Below are positions 30,182-50,419 of a DNA stretch of 64,000 nucleotides, in pieces (position 1 is the stretch's first letter; every line of letters starts with the position of its first letter). A program made the position numbers and the translations under genes. The stretch lies in NCBI RefSeq assembly GCF_009914755.1, contig NC_060925.1; one strand, written 5' to 3'. The notes beneath the pieces were generated by a model that was given only the letters and a program-made list of their open reading frames with translations, searched no databases and was not told the DNA's origin. The DNA comes from the human T2T-CHM13v2.0 reference genome, Homo sapiens.

Positions 30182-31189
30182 TTGGGAGGTTTCAAACCAG
30201 TCCAGGGTGTCTAGTAAACCTGCACATAAATGAAATGAAGAAACAGAAAAACAGTGATTCATAGCCCCACTCTCACTCCAAAGAGGTGGCTGTTATAGCC
30301 TTTCAGATAATGGGCAGATGTTTTCTCCTTTACTGAATTTTAAAAAGAGAAAAAAATATCATCAGCTATCCAGAAATGTGGGAAAGCCTCAGACAAGGAA
30401 TGTGAATTGCGTAAGCCCTTCTGAAATCAGATTATATCACAATGAGCCACATTTGTCCAAAGTTCTCAGATATCATAACCTGTATCCAGCTTGTCTTTAA
30501 AGTCAGGAATATCTGAAGCAGAATGTGGCATGGGAAACAGCTTTCTTTGGAGACAAGACTGCTCTCACCACCCAGACCAGTTCCCAACACCATTTCCTCC
30601 CCTTCTGTCTTCACAGGCAGCCTTTTGTGCTGAGTTCTAAATGAGGGGCCCCCATAGACAATGATAGGAACACAGAGTAGAATTACAGTGTTTTCCAGTA
30701 AAGATTTTTTTGTTTCCTTGTTTGGGGATATGTCTTTTTTATCAGCTTAATACATTAAATACATGATAAACTCTAATCCTCCAAATAATATCACAAAGAA
30801 CCATTTCTAAATGCTATCACATAGCAATTTAGGGATACAGCTGAGCATTAATGATAAAATATGTTCAGATGCTAATTTTTCATCTGCTGGGCAATTTGGC
30901 TGCTGGGAGCAAAAGAATGTTCTCCTTTTCCCCTCCCCTCATTTAACACGAGCAATGACAGGAAGGACTCATAATAACTGAGTAGCTTTCATTTCTTATT
31001 TATCCGACAAGTTCCATGAAATACAGTTGAAAAATACCTGAATCTGTATAGCACTTTAAAGTTTGCAAAGCATTATCACTTTCACTTTTTCCAGTTGCAT
31101 TTGTTAGACAAAACTATAAGGCAGATGTTATATTTATCACCATGTTTTCCAATCCTGTGCCCTATCTTTTGAAATCACTTCAACTTAGC

Positions 31190-31930
31190 AGAGACGTGTT
31201 GACCATTTATTACATGTGGTAAATTATTTAAGGTAAAAGATACATAAGATATAGTTGTCAGTCTTAGTGAGCTTAGAGAACTGAGGACAAAACAAGCATC
31301 CACACGTACCTTAAATCACAAGGCAGAATAACATAGGTGCATAAGACAAAGTGTTGGCACCTGACAGTGGGTCTTGAATGAAGGGGGCATTTCAGAGCAA
31401 TATTCAAAGACTGATAATGTTTCAATAGGTAAAGATGATGGATGTGGCCTTCGGGAGTCAAGGGACCTGCATGAACAGAGTCAAATAGGCAAGATGATCT
31501 GAGGGATGATGGGAATGACACAAACAATGTTTGGAAACTGAAGGCAGGGATCTGGTGAAAGGTAGGTCAGGCTATTAGTGGCTGACCCTAAATGCCAGGG
31601 TGAGAAGTTTGTAATAATAATGAGACATTTAAATGCTGAAGCTAGGGAGTAAAACAAATCTGTCCTTTAGTAAAATCCATCAAGCAGTCAAGTGTAAGGT
31701 ACATGAGAGAAAAGAAAATCTGGCTCATGGTGCCAATTAGGAGGTTCCATATAAATCCAGGGTAGGGAGGTTTGAAGAAACAGAATTATAGGAATTTATT
31801 TGTTTAAAAATATTTATTGAGCATCTATTATCTGCCAGCCACTATTCCAGAAATGAGAATATGGCAATCATAGACAAACTCTCTGCCTTTATAGGTCTTT
31901 CATTTTAGTAAGGAAGAAATGAAAAGCAAA
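31190..31930 (-). mobile_element. L2 fragments
   Basis: tatttattgagcatctattatctgccagcc; gtgggtcttgaatgaa. Confidence 0.55.
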
Positions 31931-32523
31931 GAAAAATTTTACCAAAAGCTATGGGTTAGAACCAACAGCACTTAGTAACAGGTAGTTCTGGATGGAAGAA
32001 GATTCAGGATTAACTTAGTAATTTCTCTATTTGAGAGAACATATCCCTTAACCTGTTAGCTAAAAGTGCACTTACTCTATGAATTTAGCCTTCTTCACGT
32101 GCTACAGTAACACTTCACATGGATACCACATAGCTTAAATATAACGAGGTGTAGAAGCACACTTGGCAAAGCACCAAGTAATACATAAATATTATCCTTA
32201 TTAGTTGTGAATGGTTGTTTTTACTGTATTGTTATTATAAGAAAATAGTAATACCTCAGAGTTTTTCTTTTTTTTTTTAACTCTTTAACTTTATTGTGCC
32301 CCAGTTTACTTTTTTTTTATTGTACTTTAAGTTTTAGGGTACATGTGCACAACGTGCATGTTTGTTGCATATGTATACATGTGCCATGTTGGTGTGCTGC
32401 ACCCATTAACTCGTCATTTAACATTAGGTATATCTCCTAATGCTATCCCTCCCCCCTCCTCCCACCCCACAACAGGCCCTGGTGTGTGATGTTCCCCTTC
32501 CTGTGTCCATGTGTTCTCATTGT

Positions 32524-36342
<3,819 letters not shown>

Positions 36343-36405
36343 TATGATGTTAGCTGGGTATTTTGCTCATTAGTTGACGCAGTTTCTTCCTATCCTCGAT
36401 GGACT

Positions 36406-37421
36406 TTACAATTTGGCATGTCTTTGCAGTGGCTGGTACCAGTTTTTCCTTTCTATGTTTAGTGCTTCCTTCAGGAGCTCTTTTAGGGCAAGCCTGGTGG
36501 TGACAAAATCTCTCAGCATTTGCTTGTCTATAAGTATTTCATTTCTCCTTCACTTATGAAGCTTAGTTTGGCTGGATATGAAATTCTGGGTTGAAAATTC
36601 TTTTCTTTAAGAATGTTGAATATTGGCCCCCACTCTCTGCTGGCTTGTAGAGTTTCTGCCAAGAGATCAGCTGTTAGTCTGATGGTTTCCCTTTGTGGGT
36701 AACCCGACCTTTCTCTCTGGCTGCCCTTAACATTTTTTCCTTCATTTCAACTTTGGTGAATCTGACAATTATATGTCTTGGAGTTGCTCTTCTCGAGGAG
36801 TATCTTTGTGGCATTCTCTGTATTTCCTGAAGTTGAATGTTGGCCTACCTTGCGAGATTGGGGAAGTTCTCCTGGATAATATCCTGCAGAGTGTTTTCCA
36901 ACTTGGTTCCATTCTCCCTGTCACTTTCAGGTACACCAATCAGACGTAGATTTGGCCTTTTCACATAGTCCCATATTTCTTGGAGGCTTTGTTTGTTTCT
37001 TTTTATTCTTTTTTCTCTATACTTCTCTTCTCGCTTCATTTCATTCATTTGATCTTCCGTCATTGATACCCTCTCTTCCAGTTGATCGAATAGGCTATTG
37101 AGGCTTGTGCATTCGTCACGTAGTTCTCATGCCATGGTTTTCAGCTCCCTCAGGTCCTTTAAGGACTTCTCTGCATTGGTTATTCTAGTTGGCCATTCAT
37201 CTAATTTTTTTTTCAAGGTTTTTAACTTCATTGCCATGAGTTCGAACTTCCTCCTTTAGCTTGGAGTAGTTTGATTGTCTGACGCCTTCTTCTCTCAACT
37301 CATCAAAGTCATTCTCCATCCAGCTTTGTTCCATTGCTGGTGAGGAGCTGCATTCCTTTGGAGGAGGAGAGGTGCTCTGCTTTTTAGAGTTTCCAGTTTT
37401 TCTGCTCTGTTTTTTCCCCAT
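36406..37421 (-). pseudogene. L1-A ORF1 (RNA-binding/chaperone), frameshifted
   Basis: MGKKQSRKTGNSK...; SLQEIWDYVKRPNLRLIGVPE. Confidence 0.95.
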
Positions 37422-39144
37422 CTTTGTGGTTTTATCTACCTTTGGTCTTTGATGATGGTGATGAAGAAATGGGGTTTTGGTGTGGATGTCCTTTCTGTTT
37501 GTTAGTTTTCCTTCTAACAGTCAGGACTCTCAGCTGCACGTCTGTTGGAGTTTACTGGAGGTCCACTCCAGACCCTGTTTGCCTGGGTATCAGCAGTGGA
37601 GGCTGCAGAACAGCTGATATTGGTGAACAGCAAATGTTGCTGCCTGATCATTCCTCTGGAAGTTTTGTCTCAGAGGAGTACCTGGCCGTGTGAGATGTCA
37701 GTCTGCCTCTACTGGGGGGTGCCTCCCAGTTAGGCTACTCGGGGGTCAAGGACCCACTTGAGGAGGCAGTCTGTCCATTCTCAGATCTCCAGCTGCGTGC
37801 TGGGAGAACCACTATTCTCTTCAAAGCTGTCAGACAGGGACATTGAAGTCTGCAGAGGTTTTTGCTGCCTTTTGTTTGGCTATGCCCTGCCCCCAGAGGT
37901 GGAGTCTACAGAGGCAGGCAGGCCTCCTTGAGCTGTGGTGGGCTCCATCCAGTTCATTCTTCCCAGCCACTTTGTTTACCTACTCAAGCCTTGGCAATGG
38001 CTGGCACCCCTCCCCCAGCCTCGCTGCCTGCAACCTTGCAGTTTGATCTCAGACTGCTGTGCTAGCAATGAGTGAGGCTCTGTGGGCATAGGAACCTCTG
38101 AGCCAGGCGTGGGATATAATCTCCTGGTATGCCATTTGCTAAGACCATTGGAAGAGTGCAGTATTAGGGTGGGAGTGACCTGATTTTCCAGGTGCCATCT
38201 GTCACCCCTTTCTTTGACTAGGAAAGGGAATTCCCTGACTCCGTGGGCTTCCTGGGTGAGGCGATGCCTCACCCTGCTTTGGCTCATACTCGGTGTGCTG
38301 CACGTGCTGTCCTGTACCCAGTGTCCAACACTCCCCAGTAAGATGAACCCGGTACCTCAGTTGGTAATGCAGAAATCACCCGTCTTCTGCGTCACTCACG
38401 CTGGGAGCTGTAGACTGGAGCTGTTCCTATTCAGCCATCTTGACTCCACCCCCTGGAGTTTTTCATTTGGTAAATTGTTTCTCATTTTAATTATTTGAAA
38501 GCAAAGAGTTGAAATATATTTATATTCATTATGTGTCTTCAAATAATCTCAGAAAAGTTTGGACCTTACCTTACCATATAATCTTTTGATTTTGTTGCTG
38601 CTGTGATTTCTGCTTACATGTTAGTGTAGTATACATTATGAAAAATGGTATGTATTGTCTAGGGAGCTCCTAAAACTTGTATCTAGGACTCCAGTACCTA
38701 ATGGAGAAAGAGGTCAATTCAGCAAAGAATGTGTTTTATGTATTGATAAATTTTGTGAGCTACATCCTCATAAGCATTTAATACTTTAAACACTTAAGCA
38801 TCTTCTTTGAGGTTATTTATGTGAATGATTTATTAGAGAGTTTAGGTTATTTCTCCTATACATTCACAAGTCTCATAACATTTAAAAGACTGATCTGTTG
38901 CTCCTGTTATTAGTAAAATTCATTTTACAATGTATATTTAAAAATTAGCAGAAATTAAAATCTTAATTCACATCAAAGTAAATGTGAGCCACATAATCAG
39001 ATTACTGTCGAGTCAATAGACTACCTAGGGTTATCAATAATGACCCTACTTATGTGTCTGCCTTTTTGTCAAGTTAAGAATAAGAATCTACATGCAAGTG
39101 GAAGGGGAGAATCGAGAGCGTTACCTAGATAATTGTCTTTAAGG

Positions 39145-39504
39145 AGTATTAGTCCCTTTTCACGCTGCTGATAAAGACATACCCGAGACTGGGTAATTTA
39201 TAAAGGAAAAGAGGTTGAATGGACTCACAGTTCCACGTGGCTGGGGAGACTTCACAATCATGGCAGAAGGCAAAAGGCACGTTTCACATAGCAGCAGACC
39301 AGGGGGAATGAGAACCAAGCAAAAGGGAAAACCCTTATAAAACCATCAGATCTTGTGAGACTTATTCACTACCTTGAGAATAGTATGGGGGAAAACACCC
39401 CATGATTTCAATTATCTCCCACGGGTCCCTCCCACAACACTTGGGAATTATGGGAGCTACAATTCAAGATGAGATTTGGGTGGGGACACAGCCAAACCAT
39501 ATCA
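39145..39504 (-). mobile_element. THE1 (THE1B-like) MaLR solo LTR
   Basis: gtattagtcc...cacgctgctgataaagacatacccgagactggg...gggacacagccaaaccatatca. Confidence 0.93.
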
Positions 39505-40259
39505 GAAGTCTTTTTAGGAAAAATAAGATGATAATAAAATGAACTTCTTACATTGATAACTATCCCTGATGTACTAAAAAAGGCTTACTTGGTAAGTATT
39601 TACTAATATATATGTGTATGTCTAGGGCCTTGTGTCCAAAACTGTTCTATCTCTCTCTCTCTGTGTCTCTTTGTATCAATTGAAGACTCTTTTGTGATCC
39701 TTTCTACCCAACTGAAGATCAGGCAGATAAGCAAATAATTTGATCAGTGACTTCTTTTTGCCTATAAAATTTTAATTTAAAAAAACCATTTGGTAATCAT
39801 AATCCCCTGTTGTCTTTTCACTTAGAATTTAGACTCAACCGAACTGATCTCAATCTCTGACAAGCCCTTCCCAATTCTGCCCACTGCCCTTCTGCATCCT
39901 CCTAGCTCTTCTCACTGTACTGTCCTTACTGTTTGCTTGTCCATATCATGCTGTGCTTACCTATTTATATGATTCTTTCACCTCTTGGCCATGAAACCCC
40001 GGAAGATCATGACTGTTTCCTTCATATTTATACCCATTACCCCTAGCGGAGTCTCAGTCACCTGTGAGGTTCTCAAGAAATATAGGAAATATCCGTTAAA
40101 GTGAATATTCTTTTGACAATGGAGACATGGCTTTCATGGTTTCGGGGAAAACTTTTATTGTCCTAAAAAAGAGTCCCTTTATCCTTTATGCCAAATACAA
40201 AGGCTGTATCTCTCATCAAGTCTTAGGGTAATTTCTGAGTCTTGAGACATATGGCAATT

Positions 40260-40480
40260 AATAATAATAATAATAGCAGGAGCAGCAACAGTTTACTGAG
40301 CACTTGGTGTTTGCCAGGCCTGTGTTAAGCACCAAACATATAATCATACCTCAGTCTATCTATATTTTGCAGATGAAGAAACAAAAAGTTTAAGGTACTT
40401 GCCCAAAGTCACACAAATATAAAGACTTGGTAAAGTCAAGATTAACCCAAGTTTTTCTGCCATTAAAGCCTACTTTTAAC
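40260..40480 (-). mobile_element. MIR SINE
   Basis: tttactgagcactt...gccaggc; attttgcagatgaagaaac; acttgcccaaagtcacac. Confidence 0.8.
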
Positions 40481-41309
40481 AGTTATGAAGAATTGCTAAA
40501 TTGACACATAACAAATCCATTTAAAAAGATATGGATTTTATTTGTACACAGAGCTGGAATATGTCTGTCAGTGTGGGAAGGTACCTGACTTCATGATCAT
40601 ATATGGAAAGAAAGTAAGATGTTTCCACAAGAAAGGAATTTCATGTTGTTTGTCTAGTCCTTTAAACATCTGGATATATTTTGAAACTAATTTTTTAAAC
40701 TGCCTTTGGTTTGAGTCTTTGAAAATGAAAAATATATTTTATGAAGCAGTCACTGTTCAGGGAGCCAAAATACTTGAATTCTAATCTCAACTTTGTATTT
40801 TACCAAACCAGATTCCTGAAACATCCTAGGCTATTTCTTGGTTGTCAAATCAATGATGGAATGATATTGTAGGTTCACCATATCCCGTTCCTTCCTGTTC
40901 CTCTAGTGTGCTTCACTTACTTCGGAGAAGTCACTGAAGACCAATTTCAAATTATTTTTGGTGAGAAAAAGCCTGAGACCTGTGAGGGATACTTCAGGGA
41001 AATGTTATCATCTCAGAGCTTTAAAATAATCATCTCCCCTGGGTTCTCCGTGGTTTGGAATTCTTATGAAGCTTAATGCGTGAAAAGGACAACAGTTTTC
41101 AAAATGTTGGCAGTTTCCTACATTTGACCTTTTAACATTTAGAAACATTGGTCAAGGTATGTTTAAATTCTTTAAATTGTAGCTGACCTTTGGAGAAATA
41201 AACATAAATTAAGGTTATTACCTACATGGAATGCTTATATGGAACTATTAGCAAAGTAAAAGTAGTACGTTAAGTACACCATGGAAAAATGCTTTTAGAG
41301 ACTGAAATC

Positions 41310-41700
41310 ATTATAGTGATAGAGTCACTGAGCTGGAAAGAAACTTGGGAAGCCATCTAGTTCACCCTTCTGTCTGAGGCCATGTCACATTTGAACCATA
41401 ACAAGAGATTTGAAATCTTTTTTTTTTTTTTTGGGAGATTCAACAACTTCTCTTGGTATCTAGTTCTAGTAACTGACAATCTCACCTGTCAGCAAGTCGT
41501 TTTTCATAGCTAACCTAAATCCCTAGGGCTGCACTTTGAACTAACTCACTTTCTTCTGTTCTTAGATGTAGAAAACAGCTCACATAATGACTCCTTTTGC
41601 ACAGGAAGATTGCTATCAAGATGTTATTCAGCTCTCATCCTAAAGCCAAATTCCCTGAACCTTTCTTCACAATTTCTTTGTGTCTAACCTTTTAGTAACT
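41310..41700 (-). mobile_element. CR1/L3 LINE relic
   Basis: gagctggaaagaaacttgggaagccatctagttca; ggagattcaacaacttctct; ctaacctaaatccc...gctgcactttgaa. Confidence 0.65.
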
Positions 41701-42192
41701 TACCTTTTGCACATATGGCTCTACCCAAGTCTTCATCTTCTCAATTGTGAGACCCACAATACTATCTAATAGCATACTTAGCTATTATACTCGATGAATT
41801 GCTTAGTTGAATATGCTATGTTAACATCATAACTTGGATGCTGTTTCTGTTTAACAAAACATATAATGAAAACTTTTCCTTTAAACAATAGAAACAGAAA
41901 ACATTGTATTGACAGCAAGAAAGGTTACAAGGGTGTCCATCGCCTTAAAATTCCCCAATTTATAAAAATCATGGACTAAAAATGAATAAATTAAGGAAGA
42001 TAATTTAACAAATGTTTATAACTCCTTTACATTTCTACTCCATGCTGAGCAGAAGGTTAATGAAGTAAAATAAGTTTTGGTATCAAACAACTCCAATTTC
42101 GTACTCCATGTAACTGGACTTAATGAGCAAGTATATTCTAATTTCTAAGGTTTATTGGCCTGATCTTGCAGAATATGAAAATAATAAAAAAG

Positions 42193-42288
42193 GTGAGTTC
42201 CTTGAGGACAGGGTCATTCTTATTTATTTTTGTATCTATGTGAGTTCCTTGAGGACAAGGGCCATTTCTTATTTATTTTTGTATCTCT
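42193..42288. repeat. ~47-bp direct tandem duplication
   Basis: gtgagttccttgaggaca...tatttatttttgtatct twice (starts 42193 and 42240), with a few indels/substitutions. Confidence 0.92.
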
Positions 42289-43210
42289 AGGGCCTTCCCC
42301 AATTCATAACAGAGATTAACACTCACTTATGTTTGAATTTTACTGAAAGGTTGCTCGTGAGAATTAAATGAGATTATATATGTGAAAATATTTGGTCAGC
42401 TGTTAAACTCTATATAATTGTGAGTCATTACCATTAGTAATTTTAAAAGAGTGATGATTAGTAATGAGTTTTTAAAAATTAAACCAAACTTTGGTTTACA
42501 GCTGTCTTTCCAGGAACATTTGTTATTCATTTGTTGCAAATCTACACATGAGTTTCCTAAAATTAATAATCAGTGGTACAAAGCTGGCCATTTGGAGTTT
42601 AATGCTTAGATTCTTTTGAGCAAAATGAGAATGACAAGCGAACTCAGATGTGACCAAGGTGACCTCCCAGAGCCAATCCAAATTCACTCTGGCACCAGAT
42701 GAATAGGACTACCCTGAAAAATTTATAATTTTCCAGAGCTTCCATGACCTTGTGTTCATTTCCCTATGTGGGAGAGAAAAATCAGTGGTATCTTTGACTG
42801 ACAATAGCACCCAAAGGTTTAAATAACATTGCTTCATTTATTAACAACATGACTAAAAGGAGTCTTTAAGTACTTGACCTTCTTTCATGGGGAACAGCCA
42901 AAGGGCCAGAGGAATACACGGACTTAAAAAGCAGTGTTTATGAATAATACTTTAGATCTTTCTAAAGAGCACCATCCCCTGTTTTGCTATTTGGTTTACA
43001 AATACTTAGTTTAAGAAAGAAGAACTTTGGAATCAAAGTAGTTCAGATTGAGATCTTAGCTCTGCTATACAAGTAGGTCCTTGGGACAATTACTTAGCTT
43101 TTCTAACCTCAATTTTGCTTTCTGTAAAATGGAAAATATATTACCTAGCTCATAAGTTTCCTGGCACTGTTGGGTTCTTGGTAACTTCATTACCTCCTAC
43201 ACCTTCTGAT

Positions 43211-43566
43211 CTCCTTCTTCACCTATTTTGTTAGTGGCAGTTGGCTGGCTGATATGATTTACAAAGCTAGTATGTCCAATGTATATGAGACCCCTGCAAG
43301 AAGCAGCAAAAACTATTTGATAAACATTTTATTGAATTTATTTCCAAGAGTGGTATTGATTGCATGATAATGACACAAAGCTATAAACCTCCTTCTTCAC
43401 CTATTTTGTTAGTGGTCGTTGGCTGGCTGATATGATTTACAAAGCTAGTATGTCCAATGTATACGAGACCCCTGCAAGAAGCAGCAAAAACTATTTGATA
43501 AACATTTTATTGAATTTATTTCCAAGAGTGGTATTGATTGCATGATAATGACACAAAGCTAGAAAC
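43211..43566. repeat. 178-bp direct tandem duplication of unique DNA
   Basis: Copies 43211-43388 and 43389-43566, 4 differences by hand count, 3-bp junction microhomology ctc. Confidence 0.97.
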
Positions 43567-44089
43567 CTCAGAGAATGTATTGCTTTTTGAGGAATTAACT
43601 TAAAACTAGAAAAATACAGCTTTAAATGTAAAAATTGACTAGCCTGCCAAGGGCAAATAGCATAGGAAGGAGTTCTGGAAGGGCAACTGGCGGCCCTGGG
43701 TTTAGGCCCACCTGTGCCACAAACTAGAAAACCCTGGACAAGTCACTTTTCTTCTCTGAACTTTACTTGCTTCATCTTTAAAATAGGAGGATGATGCCCT
43801 AGGCCTTTTTCTGCATCAACAGTCTACAGAGCTGAGAGTCAAGCATTGATACTCTCCCAAACAGATGCTGCCTAGGCACAGAAGGGTTCAGGCTCCATCT
43901 TGTTTTGCTGTCAAACCTTCAAAAAGTGAGGACTGTGGCCTTTAGGCCAGCACATCTCTGTAGAGAAAACATCAGTTGCCCCACTGTGAAGATTCTGAAG
44001 GCAGTTTGGTCCCTCCTCCCCCAATTTATTTTCTAGATGAAGAACATGCTATCTCATTTAGTGAGAAAGTTTGTCACAAAAAAGAAAAG

Positions 44090-44440
44090 TCAGCCATAAA
44101 AAATGATGAGTTCATGTCCTTTGTAGGGACATGGATGAAATTGGAAATCATCATTCTCAGTAAACTATCGCAAGAACAAAAAACCAAACACCGCATATTC
44201 TCACTCATAGGTGGGAATTGAACAGTGAGATCACATGGACACAGGAAGGGGAATATCACACTCTGGGGACTGTGGTGGGGTGGGGGGAGGGGGGAGGGAT
44301 AGCATTGGGAGATATACCTAATGCTAGATGACAAGTTAGTGGGGGTAGCGCACCAGCATGGCACATGTATACATATGTAACTAACCTACACAATATGCAC
44401 ATGTACCCTAAAACTTAAAGTATAACAATAATAAAAAATA
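44090..44440 (+). mobile_element. Young 5'-truncated L1 3' end (L1PA2-like)
   Basis: caagaacaaaaaaccaaacaccgcatattc; gagatcacatggac; gactgtggtgggg; lacks the Ta ACA diagnostic; G-quadruplex-type G tract at ~44277-44298; TSD acaaaaaagaaa at 44076-44087 and 44441-44452. Confidence 0.92.
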
Positions 44441-44570
44441 ACAAAAAAGAAACATAAGAGCTCAGGATAAAGAAAATAACAAAATTGGAATGCAAACCAT
44501 ACCAATTTGAAAACAGGCAAATAATTTATTTTGCTAAATCAAATTTCAGAGATTGAAGTCTGGATCTGTT

Positions 44571-44777
44571 TATGTTGCCGCAGTCCCTCTTGAAATTACC
44601 AAATAGGAGTATCACTCTTGGTAATTTAATTTTTATGGAGCTGGAAGGTGTAGATATTTGTGAATCTCCCACTTAAGGCCTAAATTAGATTTCTTCATTT
44701 AGAATAAGAAATATGTTTAAAAAGCATACATTTTATTTTTTTCTCCACGTTTTCTGCACCTGAAAAGGGATCGTGTC
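44571..44777 (+). repeat. Donor copy of a 207-bp inverted repeat (partner at 47065-47271)
   Basis: Reverse complement matches 47065-47271 at 204/207 positions by hand alignment. Confidence 0.97.
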
Positions 44778-46294
44778 TAATTGTATGCTCAGCTTAGAGC
44801 CATATTCTTGGCTTAACAGAGATAAATCAACTCACTCCACTAAACTAAAAGGCAAAATAACTTATAGATGTTAATCTCTCATAGCTTGCAGCAGTCTTTC
44901 CTATTATTAGAGGGAGCAAAAAAAATCAGCCAGAGACACACATGATATTTATACGTATTTAAAACGGAATATTCAGGAATGTTGTTTCTCACAGTTAAAC
45001 CTGTGCTGAAATACTTTACAGATATGCAACTTAAACTACAGTGAAAAACCATCTTTGCTGTTTTCCTGTGTGCTGATGAGAAAGAATATACATCTCAAAG
45101 AGTAGTGGTTTCTTCAAAATCCCCAATCTACATCTTGGAACTCTATTCTGTGCAAATTCATTTCTCCTCAAAGATGAAAATAAATAAACTTATTTAAGAC
45201 TTAAGGGTAAGGCAAACAAAAAATGCATAGACAAAATTTAGAATACCTAATAATCTGGGATTTAACCTGAAAGTCTTTAAAATGCACTAGCATTTAATTT
45301 GAGAGAGAGAAAAAAAAGAAGACCCTACTGCTGTATATTTCTGTTCAAAATTTACTGCTGTTTCTCTGGAATAGAAAAGAAGCAGTTTCTGTTGAGTTGG
45401 CAAATTAATGTGCTTGAACAGAATAAAGAGAGCAGGCCAAGGAAATCACACTGCTTTTAATACTTTCTTTGCAAAGAGCTTTTTTGGACCAAGTCCATGA
45501 CTGCTACAAGTAAGTACTCAGTTGCAAGAAGAATGTGAGTAGAGATCAAGTAGGCTGGAGCTTTTTGTTAATTCACTCTTAATGTTACTAATGTTAATTT
45601 GAATCTGGAGACTTAAGATCAAACCAAGCGGCTAATATTCTGCAAGGCCCCGTTCCCTTTCCTAGTGATTCCTGGGGGTAGAAATCATTTCTTAAACCTA
45701 ATATAAAAATCTACTCTTCTGAGTGATTGCAAAATAGCTGGTGTTAGAGTTCTGTATCTTACCTTTCTATTCACTTATTATGTGCACAGCTACTTTTTAA
45801 AATATTTTTTCTATTTATAAAAGAAGTGCATAACCATCATGGAAAATTTATAAAAGTAACAAAAAACATAAACAAAAAAATCATTTGTATTTGACAAAAC
45901 ATTCATAAAGCATAGTCAAGCTAGATAAGCAAAAAGTGGCATTTATTTTAAGTATAATTCATCTTAGAGAAACTACAATAGAAATACATGTGTTTCCAAA
46001 GCCTCAAAGACTGTTAAGATTCACTTGGGGCCTCTTTCTGCTCCTCTCTGCACTTCTCCTGTGTTTTTATTTTATTTTATTTTATTATTATTATGCTTTA
46101 AGTTTTAGGGTACTTGTGCACAACGTGCAGGTTTGTTACATATGTATACATGTGCCATGTCGGTGTACTGCACCCATTAACTCGTCATTTAGAATTAGGT
46201 ATATCTCCTAATGCTATCCCTCCCCCTTCCCCCCACCCCACAACAGTCCCTGGAGTGTGATGTTGCCCTTCCTGTGTCCATGTGTTCTCGTTGT

Positions 46295-50371
<4,077 letters not shown>

Positions 50372-50419
50372 TTATTTTGCTCGTTAGTTGATGCAGTTTC
50401 TTCCTAGCCTTGATGGTCT

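Noticed and set aside
44326-44342. L1HS-Ta (ACA) assignment for the short L1
   Set aside because: atgacaagttagt is explained as CpG decay of atgacgagttagt, not the Ta allele
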